DNA of 64,000 nucleotides. Origin: Sporopachydermia quercuum (taxonomy: Eukaryota). A program made the position numbers and the translations under genes. Location: contig BCGN01000005.1 in assembly GCA_001599295.1 (NCBI GenBank), positions 434,001 to 498,000 of the forward strand. The letters are read 5' to 3'. This document shows, piece after piece, positions 1-10,000 of this stretch. Every line of letters begins with the position of its first letter. Position 1 is the first letter of the stretch. The notes beneath the pieces are model-generated. The model saw only the letters and a program-made list of their open reading frames with translations, was not told where the DNA came from and did no database searches.

Positions 1-606
1 TACGCAGCTTGGTATGGAGCTATTCCTGGTTTAAAGGTTGTCTCTCCTTACAGTGCTGAAGACTACAAGGGTCTTCTTAAGGCCTCAATCCGTGATCCTA
101 ACCCAGTTATTTTCTTGGAGAATGAAATCTTGTATGGTGAATCTTTCCCAATGTCTGAAGAAGCTTTGTCTCCTGATTTTGTTCTTCCTTTCGGTAAGGC
201 TAAAATCGAACGTGAAGGTACCGATATCACCATTGTTGCTCATTCACGTAACGTTCAATTCTCCCTTGAAGCTGCTGAAACTTTGAAGGAGAAGTATGGA
301 GTTGAAGCTGAAGTCATCAATCTCAGAAGTATCAAGCCTTTAGACACTGAAACTATCATCAATTCCATCAAGAAGACAAACCACATTGTCACCGTTGAAG
401 CTGGTTTCCCTGCTTTCGGTGTTGGCTCGGAAATTTGTGCCCAAATTATGGAATCTGAAGCTTTTGATTATCTTGATGCCCCTGTTGAACGATGCACTGG
501 TTGTGAAGTTCCTACTCCTTACGCTAAGGAATTAGAAGACTTTGCATTCCCTGATCCTCCAACTATCGTCAGAGCAGTTTCCAAGGTTTTNTCTCTTGGT
601 GAGTAA
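1..606 (+). CDS. PDB1: Pyruvate dehydrogenase E1 beta subunit, C-terminal part (gene starts before the window)
   Basis: Frame is open from base 1 ([21 protein letters not shown]...[13 protein letters not shown]...[16 protein letters not shown]...[25 protein letters not shown]); typical E1-beta transketolase C-terminal domain. Confidence 0.97.
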   Translation, partial: YAAWYGAIPGLKVVSPYSAEDYKGLLKASIRDPNPVIFLENEILYGESFPMSEEALSPDFVLPFGKAKIEREGTDITIVAHSRNVQFSLEAAETLKEKYGVEAEVINLRSIKPLDTETIINSIKKTNHIVTVEAGFPAFGVGSEICAQIMESEAFDYLDAPVERCTGCEVPTPYAKELEDFAFPDPPTIVRAVSKVXSLGE

Positions 607-1497
607 ATACACACTAATGAAATAGTGATTCCTAGTACAGGTTGTTGATAACATGCCATAGTCACTTATTATATGCGGTCAACTGATTGTCCATGATGTC
701 TATAAATTGAAAAAATAAGAAGATAAAACATAAAGCAACCTCGTATTTATCTAGTACTTGTTCTACTGAGTATTCCTAATCAATCCCATCAATTGCTTCT
801 TTCTATAAACTCATTCCTTTTGGCTGCTAATATCAGCATCAAGAGATTATCTTATATCTACCGCTCCCCTCCCCCCATAGATATATCATGTGATATTATC
901 TCACTAGACTCTAGAGTTAATTTTTTCTTTCTTGCATACTAGTGCAGCTGTATAGCGTCAATCTCTGATTGACAGNACATCTTCACCTCATACAGAATAT
1001 CATCAGTTTCCCAGTGATGAGTCAATTTCCAATAAATAGAAGTTTCCCTAGCTGAAAGCTTCTTGATTAGCCTTTTTTACTTCAAAGAAGGGTCATTTTA
1101 TAAGAATTAATCCGTTGTATTTCTCCCCATTCTTCTCTGTTTCCTCTTTATATTATTCCCCATTTGCTATTTCTGCATCTAGTATGCACCTCTACAACCT
1201 TAAAGAACAGCACAATACAAATTGCAGTGCGATGTTTACTGCCGAAATTCCCTTGTCTTTCATGCTATCAAACTATTCCATGATATGCTCCCATTTATCC
1301 TGCTATTTATATTGTGCTTCTAATCTTTGACCGCAGAAAGCATCTATTCTACTGTACACTATATCAAAGTTGCATTTGTTTTGGGGTTCAAGTGTAAGTT
1401 GTTGCCTAGAGCTCTGTTATCAGATTCAGCGAGCAGCCCGTATTTATCACTATATCACAAACAGACAATTGAGTGCATTGACTGTTCAATAACCATC

Positions 1498-3105
1498 ATG
1501 ACTACCTTTAACGAAGTGATCAAGCCTTCAGACAAAGTGGCTGTCATTTTGCCTCACGAGCAGCCTGCTGTGAGCATTACCTACAATGAGCTTATAAGCC
1601 AAATCCAGCACCTGCAGACTATTTTCACCGCTAACCCTATTCTCTCTCAACTCCCACCTCAATCTCCAGTTTCGATCTCAATTCCTAATTCAATTGAGTT
1701 CACTGCTGTGTTTCTTGCTGCTGTTTTCTCAGGCAACATTGCTGCTCCTTTGAATCCGAATTACAAAAAACAGGAAAATGATTTCTACCTTGATGATCTC
1801 AAATCCAAGCTTGTAGTTGTTCATAGAGATTTGGTTAATGACAACAGTGCTATCATTCAATCAGCCAACTCCAACGGGGCAACAATTGTTGAGTTATGGT
1901 ATGAGAAATCCACCAAAAAAGTTGAATATCAACTTTACGGGCAACCTAAGACTGCATCAACAATTGCTGCTAATTTGGTGCCTCAAACTGTTACCTGTCC
2001 AATGGGCTTTGGCAAGCCTCAACCAAAGGTATTGCCGATTCCTATCCCAGACGACATTGCGCTCGTTCTTCACACTTCTGGTACAACGGGTAGACCTAAA
2101 GCTGTTCCATTATCTCATGGAAATATCACTAGAACCATGCATAATGTTGCCAACACTTATAAGTTAACTGCTGCAGATGCTTCATATCTTGTAATGCCTT
2201 TATTCCATGTCCATGGACTTGTTGCTGGCCTCCTAGCACCATTTTCAACACAAGGGACTGTCATAATCCCACCAAAGTTTTCCGCTAAACAGTTCTGGTC
2301 GGATTTTGTCAAGTACAGGGCCACTTGGTACACAGCTGTGCCTACTATTCATCATATCCTTCTTAGATCGCCTGCTCCTAATCCTTTACCCAAAATTAGG
2401 TTTATTAGATCATGTTCTTCACCTTTAGCTCCTGTTACTTTGCATGAACTAGAAGAAAGGTTCAAAGCTCCTGTGCTAGAAGCTTATGCCATGACTGAAG
2501 CTGCTCATCAAATGACATCAAATAACTTACCACCAGGGAAACGTAAGCCTGGTACCGTTGGTGTTGGCCAAGGTGTTGAGGTTGTTATTCTCAATGATAA
2601 GAATGAAATTCTACCACCTGGACAAGAAGGAGAAATNTCCATCAAAGGTTCAAACGTTACCAGAGGCTATTTGAACAATCCAAAGGCTAATGCGGAAGCT
2701 TTCACTCCGCAAGGTTACTTCAGAACTGGTGATCAAGGTAAAGTGGATGAAGAGGGATTTGTTACTATTACCGGCAGAATCAAGGAACTGATTAATCGTG
2801 GAGGTGAAAAGATCAGCCCAATTGAGCTTGATTCTGCTATGCTGGAACATCCTGCAGTTTCTGAAGCTGTATCATTTGCTGCTCCTGATGAAAAGTATGG
2901 ACAGATTGTTAATGCAGCAGTTGTTTTGAAGAAAGGAAGCTCATTGACTGAGAAAGAGCTACAAGACTTTTTAAAGAGCAAGGTATCTGACTTCAAAATC
3001 CCAACCCAAGTATTCTTCACTGATGTTATGCCTAAGACTGCTACTGGTAAGATTCAAAGAAGAATGATGGTGGAGAAATTCATTACTCCAAAGGCTAAGC
3101 TATAA
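1498..3105 (+). CDS. PCS60: Peroxisomal oxalate/acyl-CoA ligase (AMP-binding, Pcs60/AAE3 family)
   Basis: Motifs LHTSGTTGRPK, EAYAMTE, FRTGDQG, GRIKELINRGGEKISP, PKTATGKIQR; C-terminal PTS1 -AKL. First ATG is at 1498; the ORF-track start at 1327 is non-AUG. Confidence 0.93.
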   Translation: MTTFNEVIKPSDKVAVILPHEQPAVSITYNELISQIQHLQTIFTANPILSQLPPQSPVSISIPNSIEFTAVFLAAVFSGNIAAPLNPNYKKQENDFYLDDLKSKLVVVHRDLVNDNSAIIQSANSNGATIVELWYEKSTKKVEYQLYGQPKTASTIAANLVPQTVTCPMGFGKPQPKVLPIPIPDDIALVLHTSGTTGRPKAVPLSHGNITRTMHNVANTYKLTAADASYLVMPLFHVHGLVAGLLAPFSTQGTVIIPPKFSAKQFWSDFVKYRATWYTAVPTIHHILLRSPAPNPLPKIRFIRSCSSPLAPVTLHELEERFKAPVLEAYAMTEAAHQMTSNNLPPGKRKPGTVGVGQGVEVVILNDKNEILPPGQEGEXSIKGSNVTRGYLNNPKANAEAFTPQGYFRTGDQGKVDEEGFVTITGRIKELINRGGEKISPIELDSAMLEHPAVSEAVSFAAPDEKYGQIVNAAVVLKKGSSLTEKELQDFLKSKVSDFKIPTQVFFTDVMPKTATGKIQRRMMVEKFITPKAKL

Positions 3106-3499
3106 TTTTGATGGATATGAAATGTCGTAATTTGAGTAGTGTTAAATATACAGTATGTCTCATGCATCTGTGGTATATATAGTATGTGTAGTACTATAGT
3201 ATATGTACTAGTATGTAAGATACCTGGTATTTATTGTTGTGTTGATAATGCAAATTATATGCTTACAGAAGGTTTATGTTGAGTATAGGGGATTAAAAGC
3301 CAGTTAGTAATTATGGAGACTCCTAAGCATCTTGGGTTATTATTGAGATCCTCAGAGCTTTATCATTTATAGTAGACTATATGAAGCTTTAAATATCAAA
3401 CGGAAGATATGTTGCCCACGTTACTACTTACAGTATCATTGCTCAAACTTGTCTAGNTGATCAAGAGAACGTGACGCCAGGAGCTCATTCAGACTCCGC

Positions 3500-3962
3500 T
3501 ACGGGAGGTCAACGACGCTGGCCCTGGTATGCTTGGCCTGGATTGATACTGCAAGAANTTATCGCAGGTAGCTGTTATACTACGTAAATGTAATTTTCTA
3601 CGTTTGAAAGTAGCTGGTGAAAGTTACCAAGAGATGTTACATTCATTGGTGATCGCAACTTTGAACCTTCTGAGCCGTCAGGAACTCCAATGTCCAAGAC
3701 AAGATTATGAAAGGAATGTGAATTTGAATCTTAATGCTGCAGCAACCAGAAACAGCTACCTATGTTCAATGGTGGTGGTAGATCGAGATGTTCCTTGTAT
3801 TGCAGTGCACTTGTAATCAGAAACGGAGAGTTATATAAATCTTTCTGGAATGCCATATGGAAATGTATCAAATACATCTAACAGAATAATTATACATCTA
3901 AATCCGAATTGTCTTCAAATGATACTCGCATGCAGAAGACTATCTGGTTAAGGAAGGCTTGA
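3500..3962 (+). mobile_element. Possible heavily decayed Ty1/copia pol fragment (integrase C-terminus to RT N-terminus)
   Basis: One frame with internal stops reads RDVTF (3630-3644), a P/S/E-rich linker, then LYCSAL...FWNAIWKCIKYI*QNN...L...TIWLRK (3795-3956). This resembles copia SRDVxF, EPxxYxEAL and WxxAxxxExxxLxxNxxW...KW in the correct order. Recognised by eye only. Confidence 0.35.
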
Positions 3963-4396
3963 ATGCTCCAATAGTGCTTATGGCTATAGCATGTGTTTAA
4001 CAACCCATATTTCACAATCCATATGATATATATTATATATTATGATGACTTATTGTAAATAGTATAATAGAATAACCAACAATTTACATATAATAATGGA
4101 TCTAAGTAATATAACTCATGATCAAGTAAATAATTGTAGATTATTCTGTAATCACAACGTAGAAATAACATAGATAGAGACTATCACAATTCATTGCAGT
4201 GTTCAATTACGTACTCATAATATTCATATTATTTATATTAATAATATCATATTATATTCACATAGAGAATTGACATTCAATTGGATGAAAGACCCTGCCT
4301 ACCCTGACCTATCATAACTGCACTGTTATATTTATATTGGAACAAGGGATCCTGGCCTAGTTCACCATGCTATACTCTCAAGGCTAAATTCTCATC

Positions 4397-7300
4397 TCAT
4401 GGAGCAATTTTCTCTAATTCTGTTCTTACTAAAGCTGAATTATTCCTCTCTTTCAATCCTCTCAAACTATCACCAACTGTTTCTTGTAAATCCTCATCTT
4501 TGATCCTCAACATTGCTCCTCCAGTACGAACTATCTTAACATGAACAGTATCTAAATCACATTTATCAATACTCATGGAAAACAGCTTTGTCCAGAGTTC
4601 CTGTAGCAATTTCAACGTTCCAGTAGAGAACCCAAACTCCTGCAATTGATCTCCAGAGTTATCACTCACATTATTGCCCTTACCTCCTGCTCCTAATCTC
4701 TCACTAATAGTACTGAGATTATCAGCGAAGCTTCCAAGGGTTCTCCAGCTGGGCTGAATTACACTGGATTTCAAAGCATCTAAATGGTACTTCAACGCGG
4801 TATTCAGTAGTTCATCATTAGATTCCACGCTGATGCTGGAAGCAAGTGTCTCTAAGATTCTATTGCGCTTCNCTTCGCGTTTGATCATGATAACTGCTGA
4901 TGTGCTAAGGGTGGTAGTAGATCCATTAGAATAGCTACCACTGGTTCTATTGCCATTGGCATTAGCATTGGCATCTACATCATCCATTTCTTCATCAGAA
5001 TCTTCTGCTGCTAGCTGTTCGCTGTCGAGAAATGGCTCTAAAGCAGCTAGAAACGCTTCTTGCAGCTCTTCTTGTTTGGGATATTTGAAGAGNTACTTAG
5101 CAATGCTGGGAAATATAGCAATGAGATAGTCGGGGCTNCGTTTTCTTTTTAATTCGGCTTTCAGAGTCTTGATCACTTCTTCCATTACTGATGGCTGCGA
5201 TAGATAAACCTGTNTTTCTCTAATTGCTAGGGAAACTAATGCATCAATGACAGATTCTTTACCTGACCAGGATCGACCTTTGGCTGCTTCAACAAGAATA
5301 GCAAATACATCAATATCTGACACTTGGGACATATAAATGCTATCACCACTAGGATTAAGATTGATATTATTAGCATTACTGGCGGAGAGAAACGTGACAG
5401 CTTCAGCAATGGCCCTGGCACACAGTTGTCTGATTGCCCATTTCTGAGATCCCAAATGAGTTTTCGTCAGCAAAAGTATCTCTTTAATATACATTTTGAT
5501 CGTATTTATGCCTCCGGAGATATCTGTCCAGGCATTATCAAAGGATTCCTTGATATCACTGGTTTCGTGCTTTCCAACATAAATAAAAGGAATAAACGCT
5601 GAAGACAGAGACTGAAGTCTATCGTTAGCGAATTTTGCAAGGGCTTCAACCGCCACACCAGCAATTGATCTGAATATTGTGTCTTCACTATCGAAGAAGA
5701 ACGTTTCGAGCAATTTTTCATANGCAAGAACAGATTGATTGTCAGCGATTCTCGAACAGTGTGCTGCAGCTGTAACATACAACGCAGCAACAGTTGAATT
5801 TCTGCCTTCTGAAAGCTCATGAGTGCACGTTTTCAGCAATACGTTACCAAAAGGCTCAGCTAGCAGCCGATGCTTCTGGATCAAGAGAATAATCACTTGG
5901 CTGCCGCACGCTTTTGATGGTAGTCCTACCGACCGTCGAATAGCGCTACGTACCTTGCTAATGGTCTCTTCCATAATAGCAGGTTCATCAACGAATGAGA
6001 GCATCTCTTCAATGGATTCCATAACTGGTGAATTCCTAATACCAGATACTCTAGAAGCATCCAAGGAATCCATTTTCAAATTGAACCTTTCAGCATGCAT
6101 TGATATATAATTGAAGACAGATGGTTCCAAAGTTGACATTTGCCTAATGAATTCAGATATCAAGTCGGAAATAAAAGGTCTTAAAGAAGAGCTAGACGTT
6201 TTGCAAAGTTTGGTTATTGTTTTTAATGAAAACTGGCGAACTTCTTCTGCATCGGACTGCAAGCCTTTGATACCAAGTAGGAAAGGAATAAGTTTAGTAA
6301 GAATAGCTTCGTTTCTCTCTGATTTACCGGTGGCCGTAGTTGTTGCCTCAATCTGTCGAACTAAACCATTAGAAAGGCCAATGGTGAGTTTCAATCCAGC
6401 TTTCCGAACAGAGTCTTTGATGTCATCAACAGNTCTAAAAGCCATCGTCCATATGTTTTCTAGTTGATCGTTATATTGTTCAATAGATGCAGAGTTCAAC
6501 AGGTCCATAAGAGCCTCCGTGCTGGCTTGTCTAACTCTCCATTCTCTGTTACCCATGCCTGCTAATAGCTCATTTAGTATTGGCGTGAAGCTGTTTTTGA
6601 TGGTTTCTCCACTATTGATGACCAAGCTGTTCCAAATCTGTTGCATAGCTTGTTGAACTGTTGAACTGGGGTCAAATCTATACCTGAAGAGCTTAGGAAT
6701 GAGCTTGGACGAAACAGTTGTATCTGTTGCCATTAATCTCTCTAAGCTAGCTTGAGAAAGGATGCTACCCAAGCCGAAAGCTGCACCTTTTCTAGAAGAC
6801 CAAACTGCTGAATTGGCAGCCAATGTCATAAATTTGTATACTAAACTAGGATCACCAACTTCTGACGCTAAATTCAGAATATCCTTATAAGTAGAAACGG
6901 ATCCATCACCAGTATTCAGAACACCAGGTTGGAAAAGCTCAGTATCCTCGGAAACTGCTCCTGATGACAANTTAGAACCATCACTATCAGAAGTAAATGA
7001 CTGCAGTAGGCTTCTGACCAGAGAATCCTTAAGCTCGTTATCTCCCTTCTCGTAGATCAATGTCAATCCTCTAGAAGCTGTTTGCTGAATAACATCGTCC
7101 CTATCAGCAAGATATCTCATGAAAGAGACATGAAAAGAAGTGAATTTCTCTTTCACGGGAGGTAAATGACCAGAGAATTGAATCAATGATAGCATCCAAA
7201 GGCATGAGAACTTCCTCAAAGAAGGCTTAGAAGTGGTCGATGCTTGTAAGACCCGGTCGACAATTGAGGAAAGCAACTGAGAAGATTTTGGAACTAATAC

Positions 7301-10000
7301 AGAATCCACTTGTTCAGGCGTTATGGTAGATATATCCAAATATTTGATCAACACTTTTGATTTCCAGCCAGAGGCAATCACACTTAGAGACTCCCCAGAC
7401 GAGAACATATAATCGATACGCTTCCAGTGAGAATGGTAATCAAATATAGGATCAACAAAATCTGCCTGATAGGATGCTTCAGCATCATTGAGACATAAAG
7501 ATANATGACCAAGAGTTATTAGGGCCTCTTCATTGCCGTTGTTTGCCAGGGTTTTGACAGTTTTGATTAAAGAAGAGAACTTGGGCTTGATTATATCTAT
7601 AGAGAAAAACCCGTACATTGAGAGTTGAGATATTGTTAGTAAGGCTGCTTCTTTTAAAAGCGTATCAGAGGATTCTAATGAGTTAGCAGCAATTGCAAGT
7701 AATGAGCTCAGTGATTCTGGGGAGAGATCATCAAATCGTCCTCTTAATAAAGCACGAGATACTAAATAGCCAGCGGCGAGAATTCCTCCGTGAGATTTTA
7801 CAACGGATTTCTTGTTTTCAGTATCAATAACCGAAAGGAAATCTGTCAAGTTGTTGTTGAGACTCTCTGCACTGTTGCCTTCATGAGATAAAATCAAGCC
7901 TAGAGCATGAGCAACAGGTTTATGTAATATGAGCTTAGGATTATCTAATAAAGCAACAAGTTTGGATGTCTTAGCAATGAACTTACTAGCAAAATTGACA
8001 GGAGTAAGAGATAACAACTGAATAAATACTTCACCGGAATCAACAGATAGATTATCAATGAAATCTTTTAGAGCAAATCCGGCAAAATTAAAAAGGGCAT
8101 TCTCATCAGCTTGTTGTAAATACAGTTTCACCAACCGTTTGACGTCCTCGTCAAGTTCAAGNGCTTTTTCAACATGGTGATCCCATTCAGCATCAGCAAT
8201 TATCACTGTTTCCTTACCTTTTACAGCATTCATAGCTAGAATTTGCATACTGAAGTGAACAAAAGCCCTGGTACATAAATTAAGTATAGCTGGATGTTCC
8301 TTGGCCACTGATTGATAAGTATCAACAAGCTGAGAAAACTCAGGAAACTCAATATCACCGAGATCAGCGTCAGAAACGGTTCCTAAAGGCGCTGAAAGGA
8401 TTTTAAACCAGTAAGGATTCAGCCCTTTCTTGGCTTCCTCTATGGTATCAACCCTATTTGTTCTAGCAGCACCAAGTAGACAGAAAACTCTGGCAAGAGT
8501 ATCGTTGAAAGGAAAAGCTCTAGAGGCAAACTTAACACTGATAAATTTAACAGCGTCATTAGAATTAGGGGTTATCAAAACGTCAGAAATGATGCTTTTC
8601 AGCCTTTGTTGAGATTCTGCTGGTAAGGAAGCCAAATGAGGAATCAAACTTGATAATGCTTGTTGGATGGATGATCTTACTTCAGGAGAATCACCATTGA
8701 GACTTCTGAATAAGAATTGAACATATTCCATGTCGTTTATAAGAGATGTATCTCTAGCTAAAACAGATCCTAATGCTTCATATAAAGCTGATCTAGATGC
8801 ATAGAAGATATGATTCGAAGCCAATGAAGGATCAGNTAGAGGCCAACCAGCTTCAATAATACTATCTCTTGCCTGTCTAGCTATATCGGAAGAAACACCC
8901 CGCAATAACTGCTGCGGAGCAGATTTTGCAATCCATTGAACGAATTGTACAGCTGCCTGCTTCAATCTTGCGTAAGACGAATTGATAGAATTAGCAATAA
9001 CTTGTGTAGATTGAATGCATGAAGCTGCGTACTTAGATTGAGATAGTATTTGTATGATTTTCACCTGGATCGTTTCTTTCACTGGAGGTCGAAGTATTTG
9101 AATATTGCCTAGAAGATATTCGTATAATTTATCAATCAAATCCTTGCTTTCTAATGAAACTTCCAGCCTTTTGAACCTGTCTTCAGCTAGATCAGATAAC
9201 GATGAGTTTGTATCAAGAGAAGCAAATAACAAAGGAAGGAATAAATGTTGATCAGGAAATATACCAGAGACAAGGAAATTAAGGCAATCTGTTTTAGCCT
9301 TTAAAAGTTTCTCTCGGGTGAAAGTCGCTTTCGAATTAGATGTTAGAAACTCATATTCTTTGGGTGAGAGACCAGGGCATTGTATAGTCAACTGGGTGTT
9401 TGCTGGTATATCAGGCAAAGATTGAAGATAGGATAAATCCAAAAGGAACAATTGGCNGACTTTCTCCGTTAAAAATAAAGAGTCCTTTACTCTTTCTTGA
9501 GCTTTAAATGGATACTCATTCATCAGGGCGTCCGCTTTAATGGAACCTCTCATGGGAGGTTTCCAGTTCTCTATAAGAGTGTAAAACACTTTGAATGCTC
9601 TCGCAGCAGTTTCAGATGGAAACAAATGAACATTTTCAACTAAAGGCATCACCAAGTTGAATTTTTCCTCTGTAGATGCTTTCTCAATACCCTTTTGCAT
9701 GAAAATAAAGCTATAGATAATCAGCAGATTAGCATCTGGGTTAACCACGTTCGCCTTAAACTGGGTGATGAGGGCCCCCACAGGTAATGCAATGTTGCCT
9801 GAATATATCCTGATAAGGAGATTCTGACATAGTTCTATTATCTTTGATCTCACCTGCGAATGAGGCGATAGAAGTTTAAGTAGCAAAGGTGGTAAATAAA
9901 GCTTTAGCAGAGGCTCTAGCTTAGTATCTGAATCAGCCAATGCTAACCGTAGCTCTACTTTATTGATCAGCGCCAGCTCAGGAGCAGGGTCAGAAGACAT
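4397..10000 (-). CDS. ECM29: Proteasome-associated HEAT-repeat protein Ecm29
   Basis: N-terminal ELALINKVELRLALADSD..LE..LKLYLPPLLLKL; STYKDILNLASEVGDPSLVYKFM, WSSRKGAAFGL, LIPKLFRYRFDP, EWRVRQAS; about 1870 aa. First ATG at 10000. Confidence 0.95.
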   Translation of the reverse strand: MSSDPAPELALINKVELRLALADSDTKLEPLLKLYLPPLLLKLLSPHSQVRSKIIELCQNLLIRIYSGNIALPVGALITQFKANVVNPDANLLIIYSFIFMQKGIEKASTEEKFNLVMPLVENVHLFPSETAARAFKVFYTLIENWKPPMRGSIKADALMNEYPFKAQERVKDSLFLTEKVXQLFLLDLSYLQSLPDIPANTQLTIQCPGLSPKEYEFLTSNSKATFTREKLLKAKTDCLNFLVSGIFPDQHLFLPLLFASLDTNSSLSDLAEDRFKRLEVSLESKDLIDKLYEYLLGNIQILRPPVKETIQVKIIQILSQSKYAASCIQSTQVIANSINSSYARLKQAAVQFVQWIAKSAPQQLLRGVSSDIARQARDSIIEAGWPLXDPSLASNHIFYASRSALYEALGSVLARDTSLINDMEYVQFLFRSLNGDSPEVRSSIQQALSSLIPHLASLPAESQQRLKSIISDVLITPNSNDAVKFISVKFASRAFPFNDTLARVFCLLGAARTNRVDTIEEAKKGLNPYWFKILSAPLGTVSDADLGDIEFPEFSQLVDTYQSVAKEHPAILNLCTRAFVHFSMQILAMNAVKGKETVIIADAEWDHHVEKXLELDEDVKRLVKLYLQQADENALFNFAGFALKDFIDNLSVDSGEVFIQLLSLTPVNFASKFIAKTSKLVALLDNPKLILHKPVAHALGLILSHEGNSAESLNNNLTDFLSVIDTENKKSVVKSHGGILAAGYLVSRALLRGRFDDLSPESLSSLLAIAANSLESSDTLLKEAALLTISQLSMYGFFSIDIIKPKFSSLIKTVKTLANNGNEEALITLGHXSLCLNDAEASYQADFVDPIFDYHSHWKRIDYMFSSGESLSVIASGWKSKVLIKYLDISTITPEQVDSVLVPKSSQLLSSIVDRVLQASTTSKPSLRKFSCLWMLSLIQFSGHLPPVKEKFTSFHVSFMRYLADRDDVIQQTASRGLTLIYEKGDNELKDSLVRSLLQSFTSDSDGSXLSSGAVSEDTELFQPGVLNTGDGSVSTYKDILNLASEVGDPSLVYKFMTLAANSAVWSSRKGAAFGLGSILSQASLERLMATDTTVSSKLIPKLFRYRFDPSSTVQQAMQQIWNSLVINSGETIKNSFTPILNELLAGMGNREWRVRQASTEALMDLLNSASIEQYNDQLENIWTMAFRXVDDIKDSVRKAGLKLTIGLSNGLVRQIEATTTATGKSERNEAILTKLIPFLLGIKGLQSDAEEVRQFSLKTITKLCKTSSSSLRPFISDLISEFIRQMSTLEPSVFNYISMHAERFNLKMDSLDASRVSGIRNSPVMESIEEMLSFVDEPAIMEETISKVRSAIRRSVGLPSKACGSQVIILLIQKHRLLAEPFGNVLLKTCTHELSEGRNSTVAALYVTAAAHCSRIADNQSVLXYEKLLETFFFDSEDTIFRSIAGVAVEALAKFANDRLQSLSSAFIPFIYVGKHETSDIKESFDNAWTDISGGINTIKMYIKEILLLTKTHLGSQKWAIRQLCARAIAEAVTFLSASNANNINLNPSGDSIYMSQVSDIDVFAILVEAAKGRSWSGKESVIDALVSLAIREXQVYLSQPSVMEEVIKTLKAELKRKXSPDYLIAIFPSIAKXLFKYPKQEELQEAFLAALEPFLDSEQLAAEDSDEEMDDVDANANANGNRTSGSYSNGSTTTLSTSAVIMIKREXKRNRILETLASSISVESNDELLNTALKYHLDALKSSVIQPSWRTLGSFADNLSTISERLGAGGKGNNVSDNSGDQLQEFGFSTGTLKLLQELWTKLFSMSIDKCDLDTVHVKIVRTGGAMLRIKDEDLQETVGDSLRGLKERNNSALVRTELEKIAP

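Noticed and set aside
3223..3431. Minus-strand GTAAGT (3431) plus perfect TACTAAC (3309-3303), suggesting spliceosomal 3' processing as in some fungal telomerase RNAs
   Set aside because: No Sm site before the donor, no nearby YAG acceptor, and no template or pseudoknot recognised.
3566..3761. 11-bp inverted repeat AGGTAGCTGTT/AACAGCTACCT and small hairpins as a structured ncRNA
   Set aside because: No RNase P/MRP, SRP or snRNA signature; a decayed retroelement fits better. Not fully excluded.
4291..4312. CCCTGCCTACCCTGACCTA resembling a Yarrowia-type telomere repeat (also AGTCAGGGTTA near 27807)
   Set aside because: Only 1-2 imperfect units, and the species' telomere repeat is unknown.
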